In this document: positions 49,873 to 60,248 of the stretch, in pieces
How the letters are laid out: each line of letters starts with the position of its first letter
Position numbering within the stretch: the first letter of the stretch is position 1
NCBI GenBank assembly: GCA_964581355.1
Contig: CAZOOA010000005.1
Location: 11,487-75,486 of the forward strand
Direction: 5' to 3'
DNA: 64,000 nucleotides
From: an uncultured Desulfovibrionaceae bacterium
Lineage (GTDB): Bacteria; Bacillota; Dethiobacteria; DTU022; UBA8154
Position numbers and translations under genes: made by a program
Notes under the pieces: generated by a model
Told to the model about the DNA's origin: nothing
Databases searched by the model: none
What the model saw: only the letters and a program-made list of their open reading frames with translations

Positions 49873-49925
49873 TTTAACAATACTTGTCTTGCCCCCGCAT
49901 CAGGGGGTAAATTTATAACGTTCAG

Positions 49926-50702
49926 GTGAAGGCTATGAAAGAGACAGGAAGAAAAAAACACAAACTAACAGAACTCCTATCCGAGCTAGAAAAAAGCAGA
50001 CTTCCCGAACATATTGCTGTAATCATGGATGGCAATGGTCGCTGGGCCAGGAAACGGGGTTTACCCCGGATAGCCGGACACAGGACAGGTATGAAGGTGC
50101 TGAAAAACACTGTTGAATTTTCTCACGAATTGGGGATCAAGGTTCTTACATTGTTTGCTTTTTCAACAGAGAATTGGAAAAGGCCCCAGTGGGAAGTGGA
50201 TTTTTTAATGCGCCTACCTGAAGAATATTTGCAAAAAGAACTGCCAACCCTGGTTGAAAAAAACATCGTGATCAGGTCCATGGGTGATATTAAGCAGTTG
50301 CCCCAGAGTACTCTGGGAGCGGTTGAAAACGCCCTTGAAAAAACCCGGCATAATACGGGAATGGTTTTAAATTTTGCTCTCAATTACGGGGGGCGTTCGG
50401 ATATTATTCAGGCGATTAAAACTCTCTGTCAGGATGCTCAAGAGGGTAAAATAAACTGCCAGGAGATTGATGAAACACTTTTTTCCAGCTACCTCTACAG
50501 TCAAGAACTGCCTGACCCTGACCTGCTGATTAGGCCCAGTGGCGAGCTGCGAGTGAGCAACTTTTTGCTTTGGCAGCTGGCTTATACAGAGCTTTGGTTT
50601 GCCAGGGTGCTCTGGCCGGATTTCACCAGGGAACACATGTTGGAGGCTATTTTGGATTACCAAAGTAGGGACAGGAGATTTGGAGGAGTCAGTATTACAT
50701 AG
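49926..50702 (+). CDS. uppS: undecaprenyl diphosphate synthase
   Basis: HIAVIMDGNGRWA...FAFSTENWKRP are cis-prenyltransferase motifs. Confidence 0.9.
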   Translation: MKAMKETGRKKHKLTELLSELEKSRLPEHIAVIMDGNGRWARKRGLPRIAGHRTGMKVLKNTVEFSHELGIKVLTLFAFSTENWKRPQWEVDFLMRLPEEYLQKELPTLVEKNIVIRSMGDIKQLPQSTLGAVENALEKTRHNTGMVLNFALNYGGRSDIIQAIKTLCQDAQEGKINCQEIDETLFSSYLYSQELPDPDLLIRPSGELRVSNFLLWQLAYTELWFARVLWPDFTREHMLEAILDYQSRDRRFGGVSIT

Positions 50703-50715
50703 GCGGTGTTCAAAT

Positions 50716-51501
50716 ATGTTTATAACCAGAGTTTTAACAGGAATCATTGGTATCCCCCTGCTTCTTTTTTTTGTTTACCTGGGGGGATATATTTATGGTC
50801 TTTTATTAGTCCTGCTGGCTGTTATCGGTTTACGTGAATATTATACGTTGATGGAAAAAACCGGTTGGGGGCCTGTTCCGCTACCCGGCTATGTTTTCAT
50901 CCCTCTGCTCTTTTATGCGGTTTACCTGGAAAGTATTTCCCTGACTGCTTTGCTTTGGGTGCTCTTGTTTGCCTTTTTCTCGCTGCTGCCTGTATTTTTG
51001 GCCACAAGAATTAAATATTGGGAATCGGCTCTTTCTTTTTGGGGTATCGTATATGTTGGGGCACTTTCCAGTTTTTTGTTAGCCATCCGTCTGCTTCCTG
51101 AAGGATTTTACTTAACTGTGATCATATTCGCCATGGTTTGGGCTTCTGATATTACGGCCTACCTGGTAGGTAGTTCCCTGGGCAGGATACCCCTGGCGAA
51201 AAAGGTCAGCCCGAAAAAAACTGTGGAAGGGACGCTGGGAGGAATAGCAGGGAGTTGCGCTGTCGGTTTATTACTGGCCAGCTTGCTGCCGCAAACGGTT
51301 TTAACAGTATTCAGTGGCGGCTTATTGGGGATCCTGGTAGGAGGCGCGGGGGCTTTGGGTGACCTGACCCAATCTGCCTTAAAACGCAGCGTTAATGCTA
51401 AAGATTCAGGAACCCTTTTCCCTGGACATGGTGGGGTGCTGGACCGTTTTGACAGCCTTTTCTTTGCTGCGCCTTTGTTTTATGCCTATATCATTTTTTA
51501 A
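50716..51501 (+). CDS. cdsA: phosphatidate cytidylyltransferase
   Basis: Multi-TM protein with the C-terminal motif SALKRSVNAKDSGTLFPGHGGVLDRFDS. The ATG at 50716 is preferred over the upstream extension. Confidence 0.85.
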   Translation: MFITRVLTGIIGIPLLLFFVYLGGYIYGLLLVLLAVIGLREYYTLMEKTGWGPVPLPGYVFIPLLFYAVYLESISLTALLWVLLFAFFSLLPVFLATRIKYWESALSFWGIVYVGALSSFLLAIRLLPEGFYLTVIIFAMVWASDITAYLVGSSLGRIPLAKKVSPKKTVEGTLGGIAGSCAVGLLLASLLPQTVLTVFSGGLLGILVGGAGALGDLTQSALKRSVNAKDSGTLFPGHGGVLDRFDSLFFAAPLFYAYIIF

Positions 51502-51572
51502 TCCGCTAAAAAAGATGACGTTTACAATTTTCTTATGCTATAATTAATGTTAAGAAGGTAAAGGAGAACGGT

Positions 51573-52739
51573 ATGGTTCGAAAGATTACAATCCTGGGGT
51601 CGACCGGATCAATAGGGAAGCAAGCCCTTCAGGTTATAGACCAGTTTCCAGGTCGGTTTAAGATTGTTGCTCTGTCAGCAAAAGAAAATATTGCAGAGCT
51701 GGAAGAACAGGCCAGGAAGTATCACCCTGAGGCAGTGGCCCTGGAAAACAAAGAAAAGGCAGAAGAGTTATCCCGGCAACTTCGGGGCACAGGCATCCAG
51801 GTTTTAAGCGAAGCAGCTGGAATTGAACGGCTGGCTTCCTGGCCCGGTTCCGACTTGGTCCTTGTTGCCTTAGTGGGCTTTAGCGGACTGCTGCCCACAT
51901 TGGCTGCCATTGAGAGTGGAAAAAACATAGCCCTGGCCAATAAAGAAGCACTGGTTGTAGGCGGTGAACTGGTCCTATCGGCAGCTGCTAACAAGAATTG
52001 CTCAATTATACCTGTAGATAGTGAACACTCTGCTGTGTTTCAGTGTCTTCATGCCGGGGCAAAGCAGGAAGTAAAACGTATTGTTCTTACAGCTTCAGGC
52101 GGACCTTTTAGAGGGTGGACCAGGGATGAGATGTCTGGAGTCACTCCTGAGCAGGCCTTAAAACATCCAAGCTGGGATATGGGTGCGAAAATAACCGTTG
52201 ATTCGGCAACTTTAATGAATAAAGGATTTGAAGTCATTGAGGCCCACTGGTTGTTTGGGTTGAGCTATGATTCAATTGGTGTTGTTGTCCACCCGGAAAG
52301 CATTGTCCACTCCATGGTGGAATATATTGATGGTTCAGTTATGGCCCAGATGGGTTTGCCCAGCATGATGCACCCCATCCAGTACGCATTTAGTTTTCCC
52401 CATCGTTGGGAGAGTACATACCAGCCTCTAGACCTGGCCGGGATTCAATCATTAAACTTTTCCAACCCGGATACGGATGTCTTCCCTTGCCTGAAGCTGG
52501 CATATGATGCAGGGAAGACCGGAGGAACAATGCCGACCGTTTTAAACGCTGCCAACGAAGTTGCCGTATATCATTTTTTAAACAAGCAGTTACACTTTGC
52601 TGATATCCCTGTTTTGCTGGAAAGGGTCATGAAGCTGCATCAATTGACAGCATTTCCTACATTGGAAGATATTCTTTCTGCTGACCGGTGGGCTCGAAAA
52701 GAGGCTGAGTTGTTGTTAAAAAGAAATTTTGCAGGTTAA
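51573..52739 (+). CDS. dxr: 1-deoxy-D-xylulose 5-phosphate reductoisomerase
   Basis: KITILGSTGSIGKQAL...LANKEALV...DSEHSA. Confidence 0.95.
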   Translation: MVRKITILGSTGSIGKQALQVIDQFPGRFKIVALSAKENIAELEEQARKYHPEAVALENKEKAEELSRQLRGTGIQVLSEAAGIERLASWPGSDLVLVALVGFSGLLPTLAAIESGKNIALANKEALVVGGELVLSAAANKNCSIIPVDSEHSAVFQCLHAGAKQEVKRIVLTASGGPFRGWTRDEMSGVTPEQALKHPSWDMGAKITVDSATLMNKGFEVIEAHWLFGLSYDSIGVVVHPESIVHSMVEYIDGSVMAQMGLPSMMHPIQYAFSFPHRWESTYQPLDLAGIQSLNFSNPDTDVFPCLKLAYDAGKTGGTMPTVLNAANEVAVYHFLNKQLHFADIPVLLERVMKLHQLTAFPTLEDILSADRWARKEAELLLKRNFAG

Positions 52740-52752
52740 AGGAGTGCAGTGA

Positions 52753-53769
52753 ATGGCTGGCACGGTTATAGCTACGATAATTATGATTGGTGTTCTTATT
52801 TTTGCCCACGAATTTGGGCACTATATTGTAGCTCGTTTAACGGGTATTCGTGTTTTGGAGTTTGCTATCGGTTTTGGCAAAGAAATTATCGGGTGGGAAA
52901 AAGGAGGCACTCGCTACTCGTTAAGGCTTTTGCCCCTGGGTGGCTTTTGTCGGATGCTGGGAGAAGATCCTGAAGATGCTGTAGCGGAAGGCAGTTTCCA
53001 GGAAAAGCCTGTACTTTCACGTCTGGCTGTTATTGCAGCGGGTTCCGGAATGAATTTCGTATTAGCGATCATTTTGTTTGCTTTCATGTATTTCTTCTTT
53101 TTAGGTGTTCCTCAGACTGATACTACAGAAATTGGCCAGGTGTTTGCGGATGGGCCTGCTTCAGAGGTAGGGATCCAGGAAGGTGATCAAGTCCTAGCCA
53201 TAAATAATACAGAAGTCAACCAGTGGGATGAAGTAGTTTCAGTAATCAACGCGCATCCGGAACAGGAAATTGCAATGACCATAATGAGGGGAGATACTGT
53301 TGTTGAAAAAACTGTTGTCCCCCAGGATGACGAAGGAATCGGCTTGATTGGGATTGCACCGGTGGCCCAAAAATACGCTTTTTTCTCTTCAATATACCTG
53401 GGGATTACCTATACCGGGTTCTTGATCCAGCTCATCTTTGTCAGCTTGTTTCAGATGATTGTTGGCAGCATTCCTGCTGATGTAGCCGGTCCCGTGGGCA
53501 TTGGAGCCGTGGTTGGGGAAGCAATGCAGGAAGGGGTTGTAAACCTGGTTTCCCTGGCTGCGATTATCAGTGTCAACCTTGGTATCATCAATTTGCTACC
53601 TATCCCGGCGCTGGATGGTAGCCGGATCATGTTCCTGATTCTTGAAGGCATTCGGGGTAAACCCATTGACCCTCAAAAGGAAGGATTCATCCATTTTATT
53701 GGTTTTACCCTGTTGATTCTTATAATGATTCTCGTGGTATTTCAAGATATCAGGCGACTTATTCTATAA
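52753..53769 (+). CDS. rseP: RIP metalloprotease RseP/RasP (site-2 protease, M50)
   Basis: HEFGHYIVAR HExxH motif in a TM segment, a PDZ domain, and a C-terminal LDG motif (PIPALDGSRI). Confidence 0.9.
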   Translation: MAGTVIATIIMIGVLIFAHEFGHYIVARLTGIRVLEFAIGFGKEIIGWEKGGTRYSLRLLPLGGFCRMLGEDPEDAVAEGSFQEKPVLSRLAVIAAGSGMNFVLAIILFAFMYFFFLGVPQTDTTEIGQVFADGPASEVGIQEGDQVLAINNTEVNQWDEVVSVINAHPEQEIAMTIMRGDTVVEKTVVPQDDEGIGLIGIAPVAQKYAFFSSIYLGITYTGFLIQLIFVSLFQMIVGSIPADVAGPVGIGAVVGEAMQEGVVNLVSLAAIISVNLGIINLLPIPALDGSRIMFLILEGIRGKPIDPQKEGFIHFIGFTLLILIMILVVFQDIRRLIL

Positions 53770-53790
53770 TCGCTCCTGGAGGTGCTTTTA

Positions 53791-54849
53791 TTGCGCCGCC
53801 AAACTCGACCTGTCAAAGTAGGCAGTAAAACAATCGGTGGGGCTGCTCCCGTCTCAATACAGTCCATGACCAACACGGTTACCCGGGACCGGGATAGCAC
53901 CATGCAGCAAATTTTCCGTCTGCATGAAGCAGGATGTGAACTGGTGCGCCTGGCAGTTCCCGATGAAGCATCTGCAAAAACCCTTAGTTACTATAAACAT
54001 AATTCGCCCATACCTGTAATAGCTGATATCCATTTCGATTACCGCCTGGCACTGCTTTCTATTGAACATGGTGCCGATAAGATCAGGATTAACCCCGGAA
54101 ATATTGGTGGTGAAGACAGGCTCGGCCAGGTCATAAACAAGGCGTCTGAAGCAAATGTTGCTATTCGCGTGGGGGTTAACGCTGGCTCGGTGAGTAAAGA
54201 AATGGTCAAGAAACATGGAGGAGTTACAGCCGATACCCTGGTAGAATCAGCGCTAAATTGTTTGGACTTGATGGAAAAACTGCAGTTTTACAATATTGTT
54301 ATTTCTCTTAAAGCCTCCGATGTGGCAACCAATGTGCAAGCTTATGAGAGAATTGCTGAATTTACCTCCTATCCTCTTCATTTAGGGGTTACAGAAGCAG
54401 GACGTGGCTACCGGGCTGCGGTAAAATCTGCACTGGGGATAGGCTCACTTCTGCTGAAGGGCATTGGTGATACCGTCAGGGTTTCAGTGACGGGAGACCC
54501 GGTACAAGAAGTCTTTCTGGCGAAAGATATTCTGCAGGCTGCGGGTGTAAGAGCCTTCGGCCCGGAGATTATCTCCTGCCCTACCTGTGCTCGCTGCCAG
54601 GTGGACCTGGAGGCGCTGGTGGAGCAGGTGGAAGTTGCAACAAAAGATGTCCGAGAACCTTTAAAAATTGCAGTAATGGGGTGTCCGGTAAATGGCCCCG
54701 GCGAGGCGCGTGAGGCCGATCTGGGCATTTCCGGGACCGGTGGCAAAGGGGGCGTCGTGTTTAAAAAAGGGAAAATTGTCAAACATGCTGTTGCAGGAGA
54801 TTTGCTGCAAATTTTTAAGGAAGAATTGGACAAAATAATAACGCAATAA
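53791..54849 (+). CDS. ispG: 4-hydroxy-3-methylbut-2-enyl diphosphate synthase (flavodoxin)
   Basis: RRQTRPVKVGSKTIGGAAPVSIQSMTNT and C-terminal CPTCARC...GCPVNGPGE [4Fe-4S] ligands. The TTG at 53791 (GGAGG 11 nt upstream) is preferred over the GTG at 53782. Confidence 0.9.
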   Translation: MRRQTRPVKVGSKTIGGAAPVSIQSMTNTVTRDRDSTMQQIFRLHEAGCELVRLAVPDEASAKTLSYYKHNSPIPVIADIHFDYRLALLSIEHGADKIRINPGNIGGEDRLGQVINKASEANVAIRVGVNAGSVSKEMVKKHGGVTADTLVESALNCLDLMEKLQFYNIVISLKASDVATNVQAYERIAEFTSYPLHLGVTEAGRGYRAAVKSALGIGSLLLKGIGDTVRVSVTGDPVQEVFLAKDILQAAGVRAFGPEIISCPTCARCQVDLEALVEQVEVATKDVREPLKIAVMGCPVNGPGEAREADLGISGTGGKGGVVFKKGKIVKHAVAGDLLQIFKEELDKIITQ

Positions 54850-54900
54850 AAGGAAAAGATAATATTGAAAAGGTTTAAAAATAAATAAAGGCGGAGGAAC

Positions 54901-55551
54901 ATGATGGACGTTATTTCTGTTATTCCGGCTTACAATGAAGAAAAAACAATTGGCAACGTATTGTCTGTCTTGAAAGAAGCTCCACTCGTTAAACGAATTA
55001 TAGTTGTAAGCGACGGGTCTGTCGACAACACGGTTGAAGTTGCGAAAAGCTACGATGTAGATGTTGTTGAGTTAAGAGAAAACAGGGGGAAAGGTGGAGC
55101 ACTTCAGGCCGGGCTCGACTCCACCAAGGCAGACGTTGTGCTTTTTTTGGACGCCGATTTGCTGGGACTTACCACTGAGCATGTGGAAAGGCTTCTTCAG
55201 CCGGTTTTGTCTGATGAAGCCGATATGACAATTGGCATTTTTGAAAAAGGGCGTATGGCCACGGATTTTGCCCAAAAAATGGCGCCTCAGCTATCAGGGC
55301 AGCGAGCTATCAAGTTCTCTATTATAGAGCAAATCTCAGATCTGGATGTATCCAGGTTCGGTGTGGAAGTGGCTTTGAATCGCTTCATTGAATCATCAAA
55401 AATCAGGGTAAAGCCCGTTCTTCTTACCGACATGTCCCATGTGATGAAAGAAGAAAAGCTTGGGGTATGGAAAGGGGTTGCAGCCCGGATGAAAATGTAC
55501 TGGGAAATTATTAAATACATCACCCGGGTGGATTCTTTGAAGCTAAAATAA
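54901..55551 (+). CDS. family-2 glycosyltransferase
   Basis: VIPAYNEE...VVSDGSVDNT...DADL is GT-A (GT2). Confidence 0.75.
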   Translation: MMDVISVIPAYNEEKTIGNVLSVLKEAPLVKRIIVVSDGSVDNTVEVAKSYDVDVVELRENRGKGGALQAGLDSTKADVVLFLDADLLGLTTEHVERLLQPVLSDEADMTIGIFEKGRMATDFAQKMAPQLSGQRAIKFSIIEQISDLDVSRFGVEVALNRFIESSKIRVKPVLLTDMSHVMKEEKLGVWKGVAARMKMYWEIIKYITRVDSLKLK

Positions 55552-55557
55552 GCTGCC

Positions 55558-55586
55558 TTGCGCATCCATCGCTGATATGATAGAAT
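55558..55586 (+). promoter_or_regulatory. candidate sigma-A promoter for the rimP-nusA-infB operon (-35 TTGCGC, 17 bp, -10 TAGAAT)
   Basis: Motifs read directly. Confidence 0.4.
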
Positions 55587-55616
55587 ATCGGTTGGAGCAA
55601 AGTATATTTATTAAAA

Positions 55617-55646
55617 AGAGTGGGCCGTACCCACTCTTTATTCATA
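55617..55646 (+). terminator. leader hairpin AAGAGTGGG-ccgta-CCCACTCTT plus T-rich tail in the rimP leader; candidate NusA-dependent attenuator
   Basis: 9-bp perfect stem between the candidate promoter and rimP. Established knowledge: nusA operons are autoregulated by leader termination in E. coli and B. subtilis. Confidence 0.4.
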
Positions 55647-55667
55647 AGTCATAAAAAGGAGAGAGGT

Positions 55668-56156
55668 ATGGCATCTGAAGAACGGAAACAGATGATGCAG
55701 CAGGTGGAAGAACTTGCTGAGACAATAGCTCATGAGACCGGTGTGGAGCTGGTAGACGTTGAATTCAAAGGTTCCAGGCAAAAGCCCCACATCGTAGTTT
55801 ATATTGATAAAGAGGGCGGGGTTACCCTGGATGACTGTGAACATTTCAATAAGTTACTGGGGGAGTTGCTGGATATTAAAGACCCTATTCCCTCAAGTTA
55901 CGTGCTGGAGGTTTCTTCTCCCGGCATAGAAAGGCCGATCAAGAAAAAATGTGATTTTTTGCGTTTTCAGGGAAGCTATGTCAAGATAAAAACCTACGAA
56001 AAGATTGAAGGGCAAAAGAATTTTAAGGGACTGCTGACCGGATTACGAGATGACCACGTGGTGCTCCAGGACGAAGGTGGCCGGGAAATACAGATCAGCC
56101 TGGATCGGATAGCCAAGGCACACCTCTGGGATAAACAACAAAATGGGGGTATATGA
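55668..56156 (+). CDS. rimP: ribosome maturation factor RimP
   Basis: AETIAHETGVELVDVEF...SSYVLEVSSPGIERP. Confidence 0.85.
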   Translation: MASEERKQMMQQVEELAETIAHETGVELVDVEFKGSRQKPHIVVYIDKEGGVTLDDCEHFNKLLGELLDIKDPIPSSYVLEVSSPGIERPIKKKCDFLRFQGSYVKIKTYEKIEGQKNFKGLLTGLRDDHVVLQDEGGREIQISLDRIAKAHLWDKQQNGGI

Positions 56157-56159
56157 AAA

Positions 56160-57461
56160 GTGAACCAGGATTTTATGATGGCACTGGAATCCATTGAAGA
56201 AGAAAAAGGAATAAAAAAAGAGATCCTGTTTGAAGCCATAGAGGCGGCATTAATTTCTGCTTATAAGAGAAACTTTGACTCTGCTCACAACGTAAAGGTA
56301 AATATAGACAGGGAATCAGGGGATATTAAGGTTTTTTCCTGCCTGGACGTGGTGGAAAATGTAACCAACCCCCAGCAGGAGATTGACATAGATGAAGCAA
56401 AGAGTAAGGATCCCAACAAAGACATTGGCGACGTTGTTGAAGAGGAAGTAACTCCCAAAAATTTTGGCAGAATTGCTGCCCAAACAGCCAAACAAGTAGT
56501 GATCCAGCGCATCAGGGAAGCGGAGAGAGAGTTAATCTTTGAAGAATACATTGACCGCGAAGAAGACATCGTAACCGGGTTGGTTCAGCGTTTTGAACAC
56601 AGAAATGCCATTATCAATTTAGGGAAAACAGAAGCGGTCCTTCCTCCTTCAGAGCAGATTCCTGGCGAAGTCCACAGGCAGGGAGACAGGATTAAAGCTT
56701 TTATCCTTGAAGTGAAAAAAACCACCAAAGGCCCGCAGATTGTTATCTCCAGGACGCATCCCGGCCTTTTAAAACGTTTGTTTGAGCTGGAGGTTCCGGA
56801 AATATATAACGGGACTGTAGAGATAAAAGCAGTGGCCCGGGAGCCGGGCTATCGTTCCAAGATCGCCGTTTATTCCAGGCACTCCGATGTTGATCCTGTA
56901 GGGGCCTGCGTTGGACCTAAGGGATCCAGGGTCCAGGCTATAGTGGGCGAATTAAAGGGGGAGAAAATCGATATTATTGAATGGAACGATGAGCCTGAGG
57001 TCTTTATTTCCAGCTCATTGAGTCCAGCCAAAGTAATGAAGGTAGAAGTTTACCCAGACAGCAAATCGGCAATGGTCCTGGTTCCTGATTACCAGCTTTC
57101 ACTTGCCATTGGAAAAGAAGGGCAAAACGCACGCCTGGCAGCCAAGCTGACCGGCTGGAAAATTGATATACTTAGCGAATCCAGGTATAACGAAAAAATG
57201 GCCGAAGCTGGCACCGTCGAACCGTTGCTGGAAGACAGTGAAAACGTTTTTTGTCCCCCGGGTGTTGAACTGGATGAACCGGAGCAAAACGAAGTTGCTT
57301 TGGAATACAGCAGTGAAGAAAAAGGGGTGGAAAAAGAAGAAGTGGATTGTGAAAACGGCACTGATGAAAATGCAGAAGGTGTTTTTTTGAGGGAAGAAGT
57401 GATAGAGGATAACACAGAAGATCAGCCTGAAGCAGATGATGAGGCAAAGGAAGATGATTAG
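56160..57461 (+). CDS. nusA: transcription termination/antitermination factor NusA (with acidic C-terminal tail)
   Basis: EAIEAALISAYKRNF, S1 and KH domains (GACVGPKGSRVQAI). Confidence 0.95.
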   Translation: MNQDFMMALESIEEEKGIKKEILFEAIEAALISAYKRNFDSAHNVKVNIDRESGDIKVFSCLDVVENVTNPQQEIDIDEAKSKDPNKDIGDVVEEEVTPKNFGRIAAQTAKQVVIQRIREAERELIFEEYIDREEDIVTGLVQRFEHRNAIINLGKTEAVLPPSEQIPGEVHRQGDRIKAFILEVKKTTKGPQIVISRTHPGLLKRLFELEVPEIYNGTVEIKAVAREPGYRSKIAVYSRHSDVDPVGACVGPKGSRVQAIVGELKGEKIDIIEWNDEPEVFISSSLSPAKVMKVEVYPDSKSAMVLVPDYQLSLAIGKEGQNARLAAKLTGWKIDILSESRYNEKMAEAGTVEPLLEDSENVFCPPGVELDEPEQNEVALEYSSEEKGVEKEEVDCENGTDENAEGVFLREEVIEDNTEDQPEADDEAKEDD

Positions 57462-57497
57462 TCGGTAATATAATTATTAAAAGCCTAATAACTGCTT

Positions 57498-57643
57498 AGC
57501 AATATTTGTAAGCGAAGTTGAGGGGACGGTTCTCATGCTTCCGGAGCGCAGCGGAGGACCGATAGGGGAAGCGCGAGAACCGTCCCCCTGCTTTGCGGCG
57601 TGTTGTGCAATCACACGAGGGCTGAGCAGTTACGAAGCCTAAT
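57498..57643. mobile_element. MITE-like element, copy 2: 146 bp, TIRs ATAACTGCTTAGC/GCTGAGCAGTTAC, 8-bp TSD aAAGCCTA/gAAGCCTA (7/8). Inserted between nusA and ylxR
   Basis: About 85% identical to copy 1 over its full length. Same length, same TIRs, and a different TSD, which is the signature of independent transposition events. Confidence 0.75.
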
Positions 57644-57702
57644 CATTTCAATAGCTTTTTCCCATTGTCTTTCTCAGTCTATCCAGGTAAGGTGGTTATA
57701 TT

Positions 57703-57969
57703 ATGGCAAAAAAAAGAAAAGTTCCCCAGAGAATGTGCCTGGGTTGCCGGGAATACAAAGAGAAAAGAGCCCTGGTGAGGATCGTTCGAACCCCTGGGGA
57801 AGAGGTGGTGCTGGACTCTACGGGGAAAAAGCCAGGCAGGGGGGCTTATGTTTGCAATGATGAGCAGTGCCTGGAAAAGGCCACCAAGGGCAAAAGTTTG
57901 CAAAAAAATCTCCGCTGCCCTATCCCGGAAACCCTTTTCCAGGAACTAAAAGAACACCTGGATAAATAA
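57703..57969 (+). CDS. ylxR: YlxR/RnpM-family (DUF448) RNA-binding protein
   Basis: PQRMCLGCREYKEKRALVRIV...GRGAYVC. Conserved nusA-ylxR-infB context. Confidence 0.85.
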   Translation: MAKKRKVPQRMCLGCREYKEKRALVRIVRTPGEEVVLDSTGKKPGRGAYVCNDEQCLEKATKGKSLQKNLRCPIPETLFQELKEHLDK

Positions 57970-58105
57970 ATAATCAGTCGTGAATTAAACAGGCTTGGGT
58001 GTAAGGAATATAGCCTTTTATATAAACTATTGAATGTTTGATAACTTGATTTTATTTTCTTAGATTACCTAATTTAAGGAGGTAACTAAATGGAGGTGTA
58101 ATATA

Positions 58106-60214
58106 GTGGGAAAGGTTAGGGTCTATGAGCTTGCCAAAGAGCTTGGCATTAACAGCAAAAAGTTAATTTCAGTATTGCAGGATTTACAAGTAGATGTTAA
58201 AAATCATATGAGCACTATGGACGAAGAAGTGGCTAAAAAAGTGATGGAAAGGTTGACCAGTGGCGAAAAAAAGCCAATCGATCAAGCAGAGGGTGCTCAA
58301 CCGGTCCAGGATACAGAAACATCAAAGGAAACAAAAGAAGCTGTCGTAGAAGAAAAGAAAAGGCCTCCCAGAAAGAAGCAGGAAAAAAAAGAAAAATCAG
58401 CCAAAGAGGGCCGAAAGGCAAGAAAAGCGGCCAGGAGATACAGGTCTGAAAAGACGGAGAATGAGGAAGTCCTGCTGCTGGAAGGTAGAGTCACCGTGGG
58501 AGAGTTGGCTGGCAGGCTTGATGTTCCGTCATCAGAGTTGCTAACGAAGCTGCTTGATTTAGGAATTATCTCTAACATAAATCAGCAACTTGAAGAAGAT
58601 ACCCTGGAGCTTTTATCCGAAGAATATGATATAAAAATTCAATTAAAATCGGACCCCGATGAAGAAGAATTGGTCAGTTTGCGGGAGGATAGCGGGGCAC
58701 CGGAAAATCAAGGGACCAGACCACCTGTTGTTACAGTTCTGGGCCATGTTGACCACGGAAAAACATCTCTGCTTGACGGTATCCGGGAAGCTAATGTTAT
58801 GGCTTCCGAAGCCGGAGGCATAACCCAACATATCGGTGCTTATAAAGCTGAAATCGAAGGCAAACAGATTGTATTTCTTGATACCCCTGGTCACGAAGCG
58901 TTTACAGCAATGAGAGCGCGGGGTGCCCAGGTTACAGATATTGCTATTCTTGTAGTGGCTGCCGACGACGGAGTCATGCCGCAAACAGTAGAAGCGATCA
59001 ACCACGTAAAAGCCGCAGGTGTTCCAATAATTGTTGCCATTAATAAAATCGACAAACCCAATGCCAACCTGGATAAGGTTCAACAGCAACTGGCGGAAGC
59101 CGGCTTAATCCCCGAAGAATGGGGCGGTGAGACAATATGCGTCCACGTTAGTGCATTAAAGAGGCAGGGATTGGATGAACTGCTGGAAATGATCCTGCTT
59201 GTGGCAGAAATGTCCGAGTTAGAAGCGGATTTTTCCAAGCCGGCCCAAGGGACCGTTGTAGAGGCAGAATTGGACAAAGGAAGAGGGCCTGTGGCTACAA
59301 TGCTGGTACAGGATGGCATCATGGAGGTTGGCGATCCAATTATCTGCGGCAGCATTTACGGCAAAGTTCGTGCTATGCTGGATGAGCATGGAAAACGCGT
59401 CAAAAAAGCAACACCTTCTACTCCTGTAGAAGTCTTGGGTCTAACCGATGTGCCCCAGGCAGGAGATAGTTTCATGGTGGTAAAGGATGAAAAACTGGCC
59501 CGGCAAATTGCTGCCAAGCGGGGGGAAAAACTCCGCGAAGCCAGTCTCCGAAAAACCCAAAAGGTTTCCCTGGACGACCTGTTTAAACAGATTCAAGATA
59601 CAGCAGTTGATCTCAATATCATTATCAAAGCCGACGTGCAGGGTTCTGCAGAAGCCCTGGAAGAGTCTCTGCTAAAAATAGAAACTGAAAAAGTAAATGT
59701 TAAAGTGATCCATAAAGCTGTAGGTGCTGTTAATGAATCTGATGTAATGCTGGCTTCGGCATCTAATGCGATTATCATCGGTTTTAATGTTAGACCGGAA
59801 CCCAATGCCAGGAAGCTTGCGGAAAAGGAACGGGTTGACATCAGGCTCTACCGGGTTATCTATGAAGTGCTGGAAGACGTCAAATCGGCCAGTATGGGAC
59901 TTTTAGAACCAGAGTACGAGGAGGTAATTTTGGGGCAAGCTGAAATCAGGCAGGTCTTTAAAGTCTCCAGGATCGGCAATATTGCCGGCACTTATGTTCA
60001 AGAAGGCAAAATATCACGCAATGCCGGTATCCGGGTGATCCGCGATGGTACTGTGATTCATGAGGGGAAAATAGATTCACTGAAGCGTTATAAAGATGAT
60101 GTCAAGGAAGTACAAACCGGCTTTGAATGCGGGATACTCCTGGAAAACTTTAACGATATCAAGGAAGGCGATATAATCGAAGCCTTTCAAATGAAGGAAG
60201 TCACTTCATCTTAA
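58106..60214 (+). CDS. infB: translation initiation factor IF-2
   Basis: GTG start after [21 protein letters not shown] and G-domain [24 protein letters not shown]. Confidence 0.95.
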   Translation: MGKVRVYELAKELGINSKKLISVLQDLQVDVKNHMSTMDEEVAKKVMERLTSGEKKPIDQAEGAQPVQDTETSKETKEAVVEEKKRPPRKKQEKKEKSAKEGRKARKAARRYRSEKTENEEVLLLEGRVTVGELAGRLDVPSSELLTKLLDLGIISNINQQLEEDTLELLSEEYDIKIQLKSDPDEEELVSLREDSGAPENQGTRPPVVTVLGHVDHGKTSLLDGIREANVMASEAGGITQHIGAYKAEIEGKQIVFLDTPGHEAFTAMRARGAQVTDIAILVVAADDGVMPQTVEAINHVKAAGVPIIVAINKIDKPNANLDKVQQQLAEAGLIPEEWGGETICVHVSALKRQGLDELLEMILLVAEMSELEADFSKPAQGTVVEAELDKGRGPVATMLVQDGIMEVGDPIICGSIYGKVRAMLDEHGKRVKKATPSTPVEVLGLTDVPQAGDSFMVVKDEKLARQIAAKRGEKLREASLRKTQKVSLDDLFKQIQDTAVDLNIIIKADVQGSAEALEESLLKIETEKVNVKVIHKAVGAVNESDVMLASASNAIIIGFNVRPEPNARKLAEKERVDIRLYRVIYEVLEDVKSASMGLLEPEYEEVILGQAEIRQVFKVSRIGNIAGTYVQEGKISRNAGIRVIRDGTVIHEGKIDSLKRYKDDVKEVQTGFECGILLENFNDIKEGDIIEAFQMKEVTSS

Positions 60215-60248
60215 TATAATAATGTAAGGTATTTGGGGGTTTCTTATT

